This document shows, piece by piece, positions 31,309 through 40,743 of a stretch of 64,000 nt of DNA (the first letter of the stretch is position 1; the number at the start of each line of letters is the position of its first letter). Where the stretch lies: contig OZ244070.1 in NCBI GenBank assembly GCA_965215605.1, positions 288,001 through 352,000 of the forward strand, in the 5' to 3' direction. A model generated the notes under the pieces. That model saw only the letters and a list, made by a program, of their open reading frames with translations, was not told where the DNA came from and ran no database searches. This DNA comes from an uncultured Candidatus Binatia bacterium (GTDB lineage: Bacteria; Desulfobacterota; Binatia; UBA9968; JAJDTQ01). Position numbers and translations under genes: made by a program.

Positions 31309-32912
31309 CAGCCCGGCTTCACCCGGCGCTTCGCCAGCTTGGCGCCGGTCTGGAGATAGTCGCTCTTCACCGCGAGCCGGGCCTCCTCCTCCCACTCGTC
31401 GTCCCATTGCCCCAGCGAATAGCCGTACCACGGCGCCTGGGGCGTCAGCGGCGGCAGCTCCAGCCGGTTCCACAGCTCCCGGGCGTGCTCCATGAACTCG
31501 CGCTTGGGCAGCGAAATCGGCGGAAAAGGCTCCTTCAGGATGGCGTTGATGAGCATGCCCGAGTCCGTGGCCGGCTGGTAGAACATCTCCTTGGCGGTGA
31601 CCAGGTGGCCCTCGTCCTCGAACGGCGGCGAGTGGCCCTTGACCCGCCCCGGCAGGATCAGCACGTCCTGGTGCGGCTTGGAGCGGTAACAGATGGCCCA
31701 CCACACGGCGTCGAGATTATGGGGATCGATGTCGTCGTCCACGGCGATGGCGATCTTGCCGACGCCGTGCTGGTAGTTGGCGATGCTGTTCAAGGCGCGC
31801 CAGACGTCCCCTTCCGCGGGCTTGCTCATCTGCACGATGACGAGCTTGCGCAGGTTGGTGAGAGGCTCGTGCATGGCCACCTGGGTGACGCTCTTGATGC
31901 CGACGGTGTCGCGCAGGTAGCGGCGCAGCAACGGCTCGTAGCCCACCTTCTTGATGACGCTGGACTCGCTGGGAGTCACTTGGCTGATGAACGAGCACAG
32001 CAACGGCTTGCGTTTCATGGTGATGGCGGTCACCTCCATGAACGGCGACACCGTGCGCGGGTGCAGGTAGCCGTGGGACTCGCCGAAGGGGCCCTCGGGT
32101 TCCACGAAATCCGTGCTGATGAGCCCCTCGATGACGATCTCGGCGTTGGCCGGCACCTCGATGTCCACGGTCTTGCAGCGGACCAGTTGGACGGGCTCTC
32201 CCGCCAGGCCGCCGGCGATGCCCATCTCGTCCACTCCCGGCGGCACCTTCTGCACCGTGCCGTAGGAGACCACCGGCGGCGCGCCCACCACCAGCGCGGC
32301 GTGCAACGGCCGGCCCTGCTCCCGGCACTTGTCCCAGTGCGGGAAGATGTGCTGGTGCATGCCCGCGTACATACCCACGCGCTTCTGGCTCTTGATCTGC
32401 CCGCGGTAATTGCCCTGGTTGCGGACACCCGTTTCCGGGTCCTTGGTGAACCAGTGGGAACAGGTGGTGTAAGGCGCGTTGTCGAACCCCGGCGTGGAGA
32501 TGGGAACGGGAAGCTGCAGTAGCCCGCCGCCCTCGATGTCCAGGTCCGCCCCTTGCAGGACCACGTCGTGAACCGGTCCGGACTCGACGATGGCGGGTTC
32601 GATGGGGTTCGCCAGCGCATGCGCCCAGAGGTCCGGGATCTCGTCCACCGGTCGCTGCAAGCCGACCGAGTACACTTGCGGCGAGGCCGCCAGCGCGGCT
32701 ACCGCCACCGGCATGTCGTAGGTCCGGCCGTGGCTGTCCGTCACGTTCTCGAACAGGAAGGCCTTGCGTTCCGCCTCCGGCAAGCCGCCGCGGAATTGCC
32801 AGCGCACCAGCGGATGCATCTCCGTGTCCTTGTTGATGGGGTGGCGGATGCGCAGCAGGAGGCCCGCGGACTCCAGGTTGGACAGGTGCTCTTGAAGGTC
32901 GGGATAGGACAT
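31308..32912 (-). CDS. UbiD family prFMN-dependent (de)carboxylase, paralog 2
   Basis: AFLFENV, GNYRGQ, EIVIEG, EGPFGESHGY, AVDDDIDP. Confidence 0.92.
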   Translation of the reverse strand: MSYPDLQEHLSNLESAGLLLRIRHPINKDTEMHPLVRWQFRGGLPEAERKAFLFENVTDSHGRTYDMPVAVAALAASPQVYSVGLQRPVDEIPDLWAHALANPIEPAIVESGPVHDVVLQGADLDIEGGGLLQLPVPISTPGFDNAPYTTCSHWFTKDPETGVRNQGNYRGQIKSQKRVGMYAGMHQHIFPHWDKCREQGRPLHAALVVGAPPVVSYGTVQKVPPGVDEMGIAGGLAGEPVQLVRCKTVDIEVPANAEIVIEGLISTDFVEPEGPFGESHGYLHPRTVSPFMEVTAITMKRKPLLCSFISQVTPSESSVIKKVGYEPLLRRYLRDTVGIKSVTQVAMHEPLTNLRKLVIVQMSKPAEGDVWRALNSIANYQHGVGKIAIAVDDDIDPHNLDAVWWAICYRSKPHQDVLILPGRVKGHSPPFEDEGHLVTAKEMFYQPATDSGMLINAILKEPFPPISLPKREFMEHARELWNRLELPPLTPQAPWYGYSLGQWDDEWEEEARLAVKSDYLQTGAKLAKRRVKPG

Positions 32913-32942
32913 GTCGGGCTCGCGTGGTCCGTGGATTCGCGC

Positions 32943-33968
32943 CTACCGGCGCCCGCCGTTGCCGCCGGGACGCTGCTCTTCACGGTAGAGCTCCAGCGCT
33001 TCCAGCACCGGCCGGTCGTTCATGGAGAAGACCACCGCCTCCTCGTCGAAAGGGTTCTCGTGGCGGTGCCATTGCCAGTTGGGGATCATGAACGAGTCGC
33101 CCTTCTCCCACTCCAGGAAGCCCTCGCCAACCGCCGTGCGGCCGCGGCCGCGGAACACGTGGTAAAGCGCGGTGCTGGTGTGGCGGTGGGTGCCCGTGGC
33201 CCAGCCCGGTTTCAGCAGTTGCGCCTCACAGGACAGGGTCGCCATGGTATAGCCGCCGGTGACCGGATTGGTGTAGCGGACCAGGTGGCCGTCGAAGGGA
33301 TCGGCCTCGACGTCGGCGATGTTGTGGAGCGAGGCGTCGGTATCCTCCCAGCGGTAGCAGAACGGCAGGCCCCGGCCGGGGGATTCCGCGCGGGCCGGCG
33401 GGCGGGCGAAGCCGTAGCGCATCTGCGCGTCGCCGTCGGCGCGGGTGACACCCTGGGTGTCCTTGTCGTAGTTCTCGAAGAACAGCACGTTCAGCGCGTT
33501 GATGAGCGGGCCGTCGAGGCCGTCGAGCCAGACGATGGGCTCGCTCGATTCGTTGTGATGCTCGTGCCAGGTCCAGTTGGGGGTGAGGATCAGGTCGCCC
33601 TCGTGCATGGGGAAACGCTCCCCCTCCACCAGCGTGAAGGCGCCGCTCCCCTTCACCACGAAACGGATGGCGGCCATGTTGTGCCGGTGCGGCCGGGCGA
33701 TCTCGCCGGGGTTCACCACCGAGAAGGTGAAGAGCAACGTCCGGGAGGTGGCGCGGGTGGGGTTCTGCGGGTTCACCAGCCGTATGGCCCGGCGCTCCGC
33801 CAACTCGAGGCCGACGGATTCCCTGGCGTCCATGAGGCACGGGTGGACTTCCCGCCACTTCCACAGGTAGGGCGCCTCGTCCTGGTGTTCCGGCGTGCGG
33901 GTGTTCCAGAAGCCCGAGAGGTCGTGCTCGGCCAGCGAGTCATTGAGGTCCTTGATCTCCATCTTCAT
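32943..33968 (-). CDS. Gentisate 1,2-dioxygenase-like bicupin, paralog 1
   Basis: AERRAIRLVNP, PHRHNMAAIRF, TPNWTWHEH, LDGLDGP, YTNPVTGG, HRHTS. Confidence 0.9.
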   Translation of the reverse strand: MKMEIKDLNDSLAEHDLSGFWNTRTPEHQDEAPYLWKWREVHPCLMDARESVGLELAERRAIRLVNPQNPTRATSRTLLFTFSVVNPGEIARPHRHNMAAIRFVVKGSGAFTLVEGERFPMHEGDLILTPNWTWHEHHNESSEPIVWLDGLDGPLINALNVLFFENYDKDTQGVTRADGDAQMRYGFARPPARAESPGRGLPFCYRWEDTDASLHNIADVEADPFDGHLVRYTNPVTGGYTMATLSCEAQLLKPGWATGTHRHTSTALYHVFRGRGRTAVGEGFLEWEKGDSFMIPNWQWHRHENPFDEEAVVFSMNDRPVLEALELYREEQRPGGNGGRR

Positions 33969-34011
33969 GAGAGGTCCCTCGGGATGCTTGCAGGGGCCGG
34001 GGCGCCGGTAC

Positions 34012-34719
34012 CTATGGCAGCCGCGCCATGGCCGCGGCCATGCCGCCGAAATAGGCCCGGTGAAGGTCCATGGACTCCCGGGCGGTGCTCAGCACGCCTT
34101 CCTCGGCGCCTTCGGGCACGAACCGCTCGAAGATGTCCAGGAACATTTCGGAGTGCTTCTCGTCCGCGGCGCGATGGGCGGTGAAGTTGGGCATCTGGTC
34201 GTCGGTGAACTTGAGGTCCCGGCTCCAGCGTTCGTACAGCCGGCCGCAGTTGCCCCCGCCCAGGTCCCCCAGCAGGCGGTCGTCGTTGGTCCACTCCGCG
34301 ATGGTGGAGGCGGCCAGCGCCTCCTGCCACGGCTTGGTCCGAGCAATCCACCACCAGCCGTAGACGGCCGCCCGGGTGGCGGGCAGCGGCTCGGCGTCCA
34401 GCACTTCCTCCTCGCTGAGTCCTACTTCCCTGCCCTGCCGGAAGATCAGGTCCAGGTGGCCGCGGTCCGAATAGTCGTCCTCCACCAGTTCCTCGTACTC
34501 GTGGGACATGATGCGCTGCTTCACCAGGTGCACGGGACAGTTGGCGGCCACCTGGGGCCAGTAGTGCCGCCGCTGGCGGACGTAGATGCCGAGCTGCGAC
34601 AGGTAGAGCCGCGCGCGCTCCAGGCTGACGGGGGTTTCGTAGAACTGTCCCAACTCCGGAGACCGGAAATAGTCCCTGACGATCTCACCAAGCTCGTTGC
34701 GCCATTCCTTCGGGTTCAT
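34012..34719 (-). CDS. Heme-oxygenase-like diiron (PqqC/TenA/CADD-fold) redox enzyme
   Basis: HEYEE..RGH, AEW and FTAHRAADEKH match the E/H/E/H/D/H diiron ligand pattern. Confidence 0.8.
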   Translation of the reverse strand: MNPKEWRNELGEIVRDYFRSPELGQFYETPVSLERARLYLSQLGIYVRQRRHYWPQVAANCPVHLVKQRIMSHEYEELVEDDYSDRGHLDLIFRQGREVGLSEEEVLDAEPLPATRAAVYGWWWIARTKPWQEALAASTIAEWTNDDRLLGDLGGGNCGRLYERWSRDLKFTDDQMPNFTAHRAADEKHSEMFLDIFERFVPEGAEEGVLSTARESMDLHRAYFGGMAAAMARLP

Positions 34720-34750
34720 GACTCTTCTCCTTACGTGCTGGTTCAGGAAA

Positions 34751-35644
34751 TCAGTCCCGCGCCACGGCCAGCGCGTTCTTGAGCCGCGTGGCCTGCTCGC
34801 TGTTGAGGTCCTTGGTGGGCCACCTCGGGAAATCCACCACCGGGAGATCCCGCAGCTTGAGAGACTCCCGCAGGACCGAGCGGCCCGCGGCCCGCTGGAG
34901 GTCGCTGACGACCGCGGTGAATTCGATCACCCGCCGCTGCAGTTCAACCGCCTCCTCCAGCTTGCCCGTCGTGGTCGCGACCCACAGATTCACCAGCAGC
35001 TCGGGGATGGCCACCGTCAGCGGATGAATGGAGCCGGCGAGACCCCACAACACCCCCGGCATGATCAGCGTGGCGGAGCCGGAGAACACGGCGCAACTCG
35101 CGGGCAGCGCCCGCACGAAGGCGAGCTGCTGCTCCAGGGGAATGAACGACATCTTGATGCCGCAGGCCTCCGGGACTTCCGACACCAGCTTCGCGGTCCA
35201 CGGCGCGGTCATGCGATAACCGCTGTTCACCGCGTTGTTGTAGATGAACATCGGATACTGAATGGCCTCGTAGACCTTGACGTAGTGCTGCAGAACCTCG
35301 TCGTCGAGGTGGTCGAAGTAATACGGCGGCACCACGCCGACCACGTCCGCGCCCTTGTCCCTGGCGTCCCTGGCCAGATCGATGGTGGTGGGGGTGTCGG
35401 CCGTGCCCGCGTGAATCACCACCGGGATGCGGCCCGCCACCCGGTCGATGACGATCTTCGCGGTGCGCTTGCGCTCATCCGGCGTCATCGCCGGACCCTG
35501 GCCGAAGGTGCCGAGCACGAACAGGCCGTGCACCCCGGCTTCCACGTAGAAGTCCGTCAGCGCCAGCACCGCGTCCTCGTCCACCGCGCCGGTGCCGGTA
35601 AACGGCGTCGGCAACGGAATGTACATACCCTTCAAGCGTTCCAT
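34751..35644 (-). CDS. DapA/DHDPS-family class I aldolase
   Basis: PLPTPF, GTFGQG, VVPPYY, IYNN, GIKMS Schiff-base Lys. Confidence 0.88.
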   Translation of the reverse strand: MERLKGMYIPLPTPFTGTGAVDEDAVLALTDFYVEAGVHGLFVLGTFGQGPAMTPDERKRTAKIVIDRVAGRIPVVIHAGTADTPTTIDLARDARDKGADVVGVVPPYYFDHLDDEVLQHYVKVYEAIQYPMFIYNNAVNSGYRMTAPWTAKLVSEVPEACGIKMSFIPLEQQLAFVRALPASCAVFSGSATLIMPGVLWGLAGSIHPLTVAIPELLVNLWVATTTGKLEEAVELQRRVIEFTAVVSDLQRAAGRSVLRESLKLRDLPVVDFPRWPTKDLNSEQATRLKNALAVARD

Positions 35645-35727
35645 AAGCTCGCTCCGTAGTATTGGTTTCAGTTTTCGGACCCACCACGGGTCATAGGGCA
35701 ACGGCGGATGGCTGTCAACGGACGCGG

Positions 35728-36399
35728 CTAGCGTTGCGCGGTGACCTCGATTTCGATGAGCTTGCCCTGGGCGGAATAGCCGTCCACGAACGACCACTCG
35801 ACGCGCCCCGGACGGGGCGCCACGGCGCGTTCGAACGCGTCCTTCAGCGCGGCCGGGTCTTCCGCCCGCTGGAGGAAGAACGACACCAGCACCGCCTGCT
35901 CCCAGGATACTCCGGCGTGTTCCAGGGACTCGCCGATGAGGCCGCAAACCTCCGTCACCTGCTCGGCAAGGTCGCCCGATGTGGAGGTGACGCCCGACAG
36001 GAAAACCAGGCCTTCGAGACCGAGATAGCGTAGCGGCACGATGGGCGGATCGTACTCCACCAGCTTCTTGCTGCCGCCGGAGCGCATGGCGATGAAGTCC
36101 AGCGAGACGGAGGCGCCGGAGTCGAGGTGACCGGGCGCGATGTAGCTCGAACTGGAGGAGCGCGCGCTCCCGCGCATGCGTTTGGAGCGGGCCTGACTGC
36201 CGAGGTTCCGGCTCTCCCGGTCCCGAGCCCACAGCCGCGTCCGCACCGTGTCGGCCAGGGACAGGCCCAGTGCGCCGATGCGTTCCTCGATGCGGTCGAG
36301 GATCCCGTCCATGCCCTGGTCGGCGGCAACGCCGTCGGCGCCCTCGCACGAGACCGCGACGAATTCGCGGCCGAGCCAGTCAAAGGATTTCATGCGCAT
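35728..36399 (-). CDS. Tandem-domain RidA (YjgF/YER057c) family protein
   Basis: Two RidA-like halves: GLSLADTVRTRLW, then LVFLSG..AGVSWEQAV..LIEIEVTA. Confidence 0.72.
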   Translation of the reverse strand: MRMKSFDWLGREFVAVSCEGADGVAADQGMDGILDRIEERIGALGLSLADTVRTRLWARDRESRNLGSQARSKRMRGSARSSSSSYIAPGHLDSGASVSLDFIAMRSGGSKKLVEYDPPIVPLRYLGLEGLVFLSGVTSTSGDLAEQVTEVCGLIGESLEHAGVSWEQAVLVSFFLQRAEDPAALKDAFERAVAPRPGRVEWSFVDGYSAQGKLIEIEVTAQR

Positions 36400-37304
36400 G
36401 GGTTGGATCCCTCGTCATGCGGATCAACCGGACAAGACGTGGACGTCTCATCGCAACACACCGGAGCGTCGAAGAACGCCAGCGTCCGGATCTCGATGCT
36501 CTCCCGGCCCGGCGCGCCGGCTGGGCTCGTGGGGTCGTCGAAGGAGGAATGGGCGGTAAAGCGCGCCCTTCCGTCCCGGGCGGAGTCGAACGTCTTGAAG
36601 ACGATGGCCTCGTTCCGTGTCATGGCCGGGAAATAGAACCAGCGGTGGTCCGGCCCGTACTTGATCTGGTAGGTCTCGCCGATACGGCCGGGGTAGCTGC
36701 GCTGGGACGCGATCAGCTCCTCCGCTCGCAGCGAGCGGGCATCCGCGATGGCCAGCGGGTTGGTGCGCACCGGGTTGCGAGTGGGCTGCCACACCTGGAT
36801 GATGGCGAACCGGCCCTGGAGCAGCCGTTCCGCCTCGTCCGCCGGCAGGATGTCCCGGACCCGCTTGGGCCCGGACCAGTCGGTGTAGTCGTTGTGCACC
36901 GAGCGGTTGGGCTCCCGGACCTTCCGCTCCGCCCGGATGCCTTCGTCCTGGGCTCGGAGCGTGTGATCGAAGATGACCACCCGGGAAGCGCCGCTCTCGC
37001 GCTTCACCAGCGCCTCCACCTCGGGGTAGTAGACGGACCGGAGCTCGTCCTCGTCGTAGAAGTCCTTGACGCGGGTGTCGTGCCGAACGAACACGAAACC
37101 TTCGCGCTCCAGCGAGAACTCGCTCGCCATCGGACGGCCGTTGTGGATGGCGGCGCGGCGGGCCTCGTGCCTGCCGGTGCGCAACACCGGCGTGCTGTTG
37201 AGCACGGCGGTATGCGTCACCGGTTTCTCGCCGGTGTCCAACGCATAGTTCAGAACGGCTTCCACGGCATCCGGTGCGGTCTCGACCGACTCGAGTCCAC
37301 TCAT
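36390..37304 (-). CDS. CmcJ/NvfI/AsaB-family putative Fe(II)/2-oxoglutarate oxygenase
   Basis: FSLEREGF, YYPE, FDHTLR, VHNDYT (HxD), PLAIADARS, AHSSFDDP, RESIEIR. Confidence 0.85.
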   Translation of the reverse strand: MSGLESVETAPDAVEAVLNYALDTGEKPVTHTAVLNSTPVLRTGRHEARRAAIHNGRPMASEFSLEREGFVFVRHDTRVKDFYDEDELRSVYYPEVEALVKRESGASRVVIFDHTLRAQDEGIRAERKVREPNRSVHNDYTDWSGPKRVRDILPADEAERLLQGRFAIIQVWQPTRNPVRTNPLAIADARSLRAEELIASQRSYPGRIGETYQIKYGPDHRWFYFPAMTRNEAIVFKTFDSARDGRARFTAHSSFDDPTSPAGAPGRESIEIRTLAFFDAPVCCDETSTSCPVDPHDEGSNPCA

Positions 37305-37426
37305 GTGCATACCTCCCGCGAATGACTTCTACTCTCACCGCGGATGGTATCAGCCCAAGGCCTGTTCAACAATAACGAACGGCGGATCGCGGCACGGACC
37401 GACGCCTTCCTGGCCGGCGCTGCGCA

Positions 37427-37456
37427 TTGACACGACCGCGGGCCATTGGCTAACGT
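37427..37456 (+). promoter_or_regulatory. Putative sigma70 promoter of the plus-strand catabolic operon
   Basis: TTGACA-18 nt-TAACGT in the divergent intergenic region. Confidence 0.45.
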
Positions 37457-37513
37457 GCCAGTCAGGTTCTTCCCGCGCGACGGGTCCCGAAGATTCCCTG
37501 GAAGGAGCCCGAA

Positions 37514-38668
37514 ATGGGACGTGACTACAACGTCATATCGGCCGACGGCCATATCGACCTGAACCCCGACATCTGGCGCGGCCGGGTGGCAACATCCATG
37601 CGCGAGCGCGCGCCCAAACGGGTCAAAATGCCCAACGGGTCGGATGCGGTGGTGGTGGACGGCGGCAAGCCCAACACCATCGGGGTGACCCGGAGCGTGC
37701 GGGTGAACAAGGAGGACATGGCCAGGCAGGTGCCCACCTTCGAAACCTGCGCGGGCACCGGCCCGCCGGAACAGCGGCTGGAGGAACAGGCCAGAGACGG
37801 CATCGACGCGGAGGTGGTGTTCTCGCAGATCTCCTTCGTGCTGGAGCAGGCCAGGGACCGCGAACTCTATTGCGAACTGGTGCGGGCGTACAACGAGTTC
37901 CTGGCCGAGGAGTACATGGCGCCGGCCCCGGACCGCATCATCCCCATGGGCGTCATCCCCGTCAGCGGCGTCGACGACGCGGTGCGGGAGATGGAACACT
38001 GCGCCCGCCTGGGCCTCAAGGGCGTCAAGCTCGACAGGTTCCCGAGCGGCCGGGGCTACCCCACGGCCGAGGACGACCGTTTCTGGGCCGCCGCCCTGGA
38101 CCTCGGCGTCGCCCTCACCAACCACAACACCGGCAACATGGGCTCGGGCAAGGACGAGGCCGCGTTCACGTACCAGCGCAAACCCGGGCCCGACGTGCAC
38201 GTCAAGGAGCCCATGAACTACTTCTTCCGCTTCACCAACCCCGCCATGGTGGGCGCCGTGCAGATGGCCTTCGCCGGCGTGTGGGACCGCTTTCCGACGC
38301 TCAAGATGTACTGGGCCGAGACCATGATCGGCTGGTTCGAGTACGGCCTGTGGCAGATCGACGACCACTACCAGCGCTACATGCCCATGATCCACGAGTT
38401 CTGGGGGCTCCACTACCTGGAGAAGAAGCCTAGCGAGTACCTGACGGAGCACAACTACTGGGGCTTCCTGCACGACCCCATCGGCATCAAGCGGCGGGAG
38501 TGCATCGGCTACGACAAGCTCATGTGGGGAACGGACTTCGCCCACGCGGCCAGCGAGTACCCCAACTCAATCCCGATAATGGAGCAGGACTTCGAGGGAG
38601 TGCCCGCCAACGAGCGGCGGGCCATGCTGGTGGACAACTGTGTGAAGTATTTCGGGCTGGATGCATGA
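37514..38668 (+). CDS. Amidohydrolase_2 family metal-dependent hydrolase/decarboxylase
   Basis: ISADGH, DGIDAEV, RAYNEFLAE, DRFPTLK, MWGTDFAH. Confidence 0.9.
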   Translation: MGRDYNVISADGHIDLNPDIWRGRVATSMRERAPKRVKMPNGSDAVVVDGGKPNTIGVTRSVRVNKEDMARQVPTFETCAGTGPPEQRLEEQARDGIDAEVVFSQISFVLEQARDRELYCELVRAYNEFLAEEYMAPAPDRIIPMGVIPVSGVDDAVREMEHCARLGLKGVKLDRFPSGRGYPTAEDDRFWAAALDLGVALTNHNTGNMGSGKDEAAFTYQRKPGPDVHVKEPMNYFFRFTNPAMVGAVQMAFAGVWDRFPTLKMYWAETMIGWFEYGLWQIDDHYQRYMPMIHEFWGLHYLEKKPSEYLTEHNYWGFLHDPIGIKRRECIGYDKLMWGTDFAHAASEYPNSIPIMEQDFEGVPANERRAMLVDNCVKYFGLDA

Positions 38669-38696
38669 ACGTGGCGCCCCGCACCGAGGACTTGTC

Positions 38697-39731
38697 GTGA
38701 GCGATGTCGGCACCACCCACGAGGACCTTGAGCAGTACCTCGCCACCCACCACCTGGTAGGGGCCGGGCTCCGGCGTGAAGGCATGGCGGCGCCACGCAC
38801 CGGGCCCGCCGGCGCCCACTGGCGCTGGGAAGGAATCTACAAGGGACTCATGCGGTCCGGCGAGATCGTCACCGTGGGCCCCGGCGGCATGACCGGCATG
38901 CGCTCGGTCACCGGCATCGAGGCGCGCCGTTTCCCCATCTGGATGAACGTGCAGATCCTCATGCCCGGCGAGCGCACCCAGGGACACCGGAACATGCGGA
39001 ACGAGACCCGCCTGGTGTGCCAGGCGCCGAAGGAAGCCGCGTTCGTGTGCGAGTTCGAAGCGTTTCCCATGGAGCGGGGCGACGTCGTCATCAGCCCGTC
39101 CTGGACCTTCCACGACCACTGGAACCAGGGCACGGTCCCGGCCCTGTACGTGGACGGCTATGACAACGGCTACAACGGCGGAGTGAACCTGAACGAGCGG
39201 CTGCCCGACGATCTCCCCTACCAGGAGATCCGCAAGCCCGACGGCTACGGCGGCCGCACCCGCGGCCTCGCGCGCCCCACGGCCGCCGGCCGGCCCTTCC
39301 CGCTGCCGCCCATGCGCTATCCTTGGGCCGAGACTCTGGCGGGACTCCGGGCACTCCAGGAGGCCGGCGAGGAGGACCCTTGCGAGGGCGTCCATCTGAT
39401 GCTGGCGAGTCCAGTGGACGGCGGCCCCACCCTGCCCACCCTTGCCTGGCATGCGCAACTCCTGCGCGCCGGGCAGGCCACCCTGAGCCACCGGCACAAC
39501 AGCAACACTTTCTACCACGCGTTCGAGGGCGCCGGCGCCGTGGTCATCGAGGGGGAGCGGCTCGAGTGGCGTCAGGGAGACATCTTCGCGGTGCCGGCCT
39601 GGGCGTGGCACCATCACGAGAACGGTCACGAAAGCGACTCCATCCTGTTCTCCATCGACGACTGGCCGGCGCAGACCAAGCTCGGCTTCTACATCAAGGA
39701 GACCGCGGCGGCAGACCCCCAGGACGGGTAG
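38697..39731 (+). CDS. Gentisate 1,2-dioxygenase-like bicupin, paralog 2 (HRN variant)
   Basis: QILMPGERTQGHRN, SPSWTFHDH, PVDGGPTLPT, HRHNS; GTG start after GAGGA. Confidence 0.85.
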   Translation: MSDVGTTHEDLEQYLATHHLVGAGLRREGMAAPRTGPAGAHWRWEGIYKGLMRSGEIVTVGPGGMTGMRSVTGIEARRFPIWMNVQILMPGERTQGHRNMRNETRLVCQAPKEAAFVCEFEAFPMERGDVVISPSWTFHDHWNQGTVPALYVDGYDNGYNGGVNLNERLPDDLPYQEIRKPDGYGGRTRGLARPTAAGRPFPLPPMRYPWAETLAGLRALQEAGEEDPCEGVHLMLASPVDGGPTLPTLAWHAQLLRAGQATLSHRHNSNTFYHAFEGAGAVVIEGERLEWRQGDIFAVPAWAWHHHENGHESDSILFSIDDWPAQTKLGFYIKETAAADPQDG

Positions 39732-39764
39732 CAGGCCCGCGCCATACCGAAGGGAGACGAACCC

Positions 39765-40721
39765 ATGGCGAACCCCAAGCTCCGGCTCGGCTTCCGTGAG
39801 CCCGAGGTGGACACCAACCGGCCCTTCCTGGACGGCACCGTCCAGGTGGAGGGTTTCGACCTCGAGATGAGCGACTTTCACGGACCCGAGACCATCGACG
39901 CGTGGGACGCCAGCTTCGGCGGCCTCATGCGCACCAAGGGCAGGGGCGCGCACCCGTACGTGTCGATCCCGGCCTACCCCAACCGCAAGTTCCGCCTGGC
40001 TTACATCTTCGTGAACGTTGCCTCGGGCATCGAGGCTCCGAAGGACCTGGAGGGGAAGCGCGTGTTCGTGAGCAGCACCGCCGGGGTGTGGTCCCGGGCC
40101 GCGCTCCAGAACCATTACGGCGTGGACCTCGCGCGTATCCGTTGGTGCATGCCCGGGCCCGAGGCCGAGAGCTGGGCCGCGGACGTCGAGGTGGAGGCGC
40201 TGCCGCATATCCTGGGACCGCAACCCGGCGAGCCCCTGGACGAAATGCTGCTCGCGGGAGAAGTCGATGCGGTCATCGAGCCCAACGTGCTGCCTTCCAT
40301 CAGCCGCAAGGACCCGCGGGTGCGCCGGCTGTTCCGCGACTACAAGACCGAGGAGATCGACTACTACAAGGCCACGGGCATCTTCCCCATCAGCCACATG
40401 GTCACCCTCAAACAGGATTTCGTGGACAAGCACCCGGACGCCCCGGTGGCGCTGTTGAAAGCGTACCGCCAAGCCCGGGACGTGGCGCTGGACCGGCTGT
40501 ACGGTTCGGACCCCGAGATCCTCATCACCTCGTGGGTGGCCGCGGCCATCGACGAGCAGCGGGCAGTCATGGGAGAGAACTACTGGTCCTACAACGTCGC
40601 CGACAACGTCCGTTCGCTGGAAGCCATGATGACCTTCGCGCACCAGTTCGGGCTGACGTCCGAGAGGCTTAACTACGAGGACTTCTTTCATCCGGAGGCC
40701 GCGGCGTTGGAAGGGGTTTAG
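39765..40721 (+). CDS. PhtD/OphC-like protein, paralog 2
   Basis: PAYPNRKFR, PKDLEGKR, YYKATGIFPISH, WSYNV..N. Confidence 0.82.
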   Translation: MANPKLRLGFREPEVDTNRPFLDGTVQVEGFDLEMSDFHGPETIDAWDASFGGLMRTKGRGAHPYVSIPAYPNRKFRLAYIFVNVASGIEAPKDLEGKRVFVSSTAGVWSRAALQNHYGVDLARIRWCMPGPEAESWAADVEVEALPHILGPQPGEPLDEMLLAGEVDAVIEPNVLPSISRKDPRVRRLFRDYKTEEIDYYKATGIFPISHMVTLKQDFVDKHPDAPVALLKAYRQARDVALDRLYGSDPEILITSWVAAAIDEQRAVMGENYWSYNVADNVRSLEAMMTFAHQFGLTSERLNYEDFFHPEAAALEGV

Positions 40722-40743
40722 GCGACGGGAACAGGAGACGATC

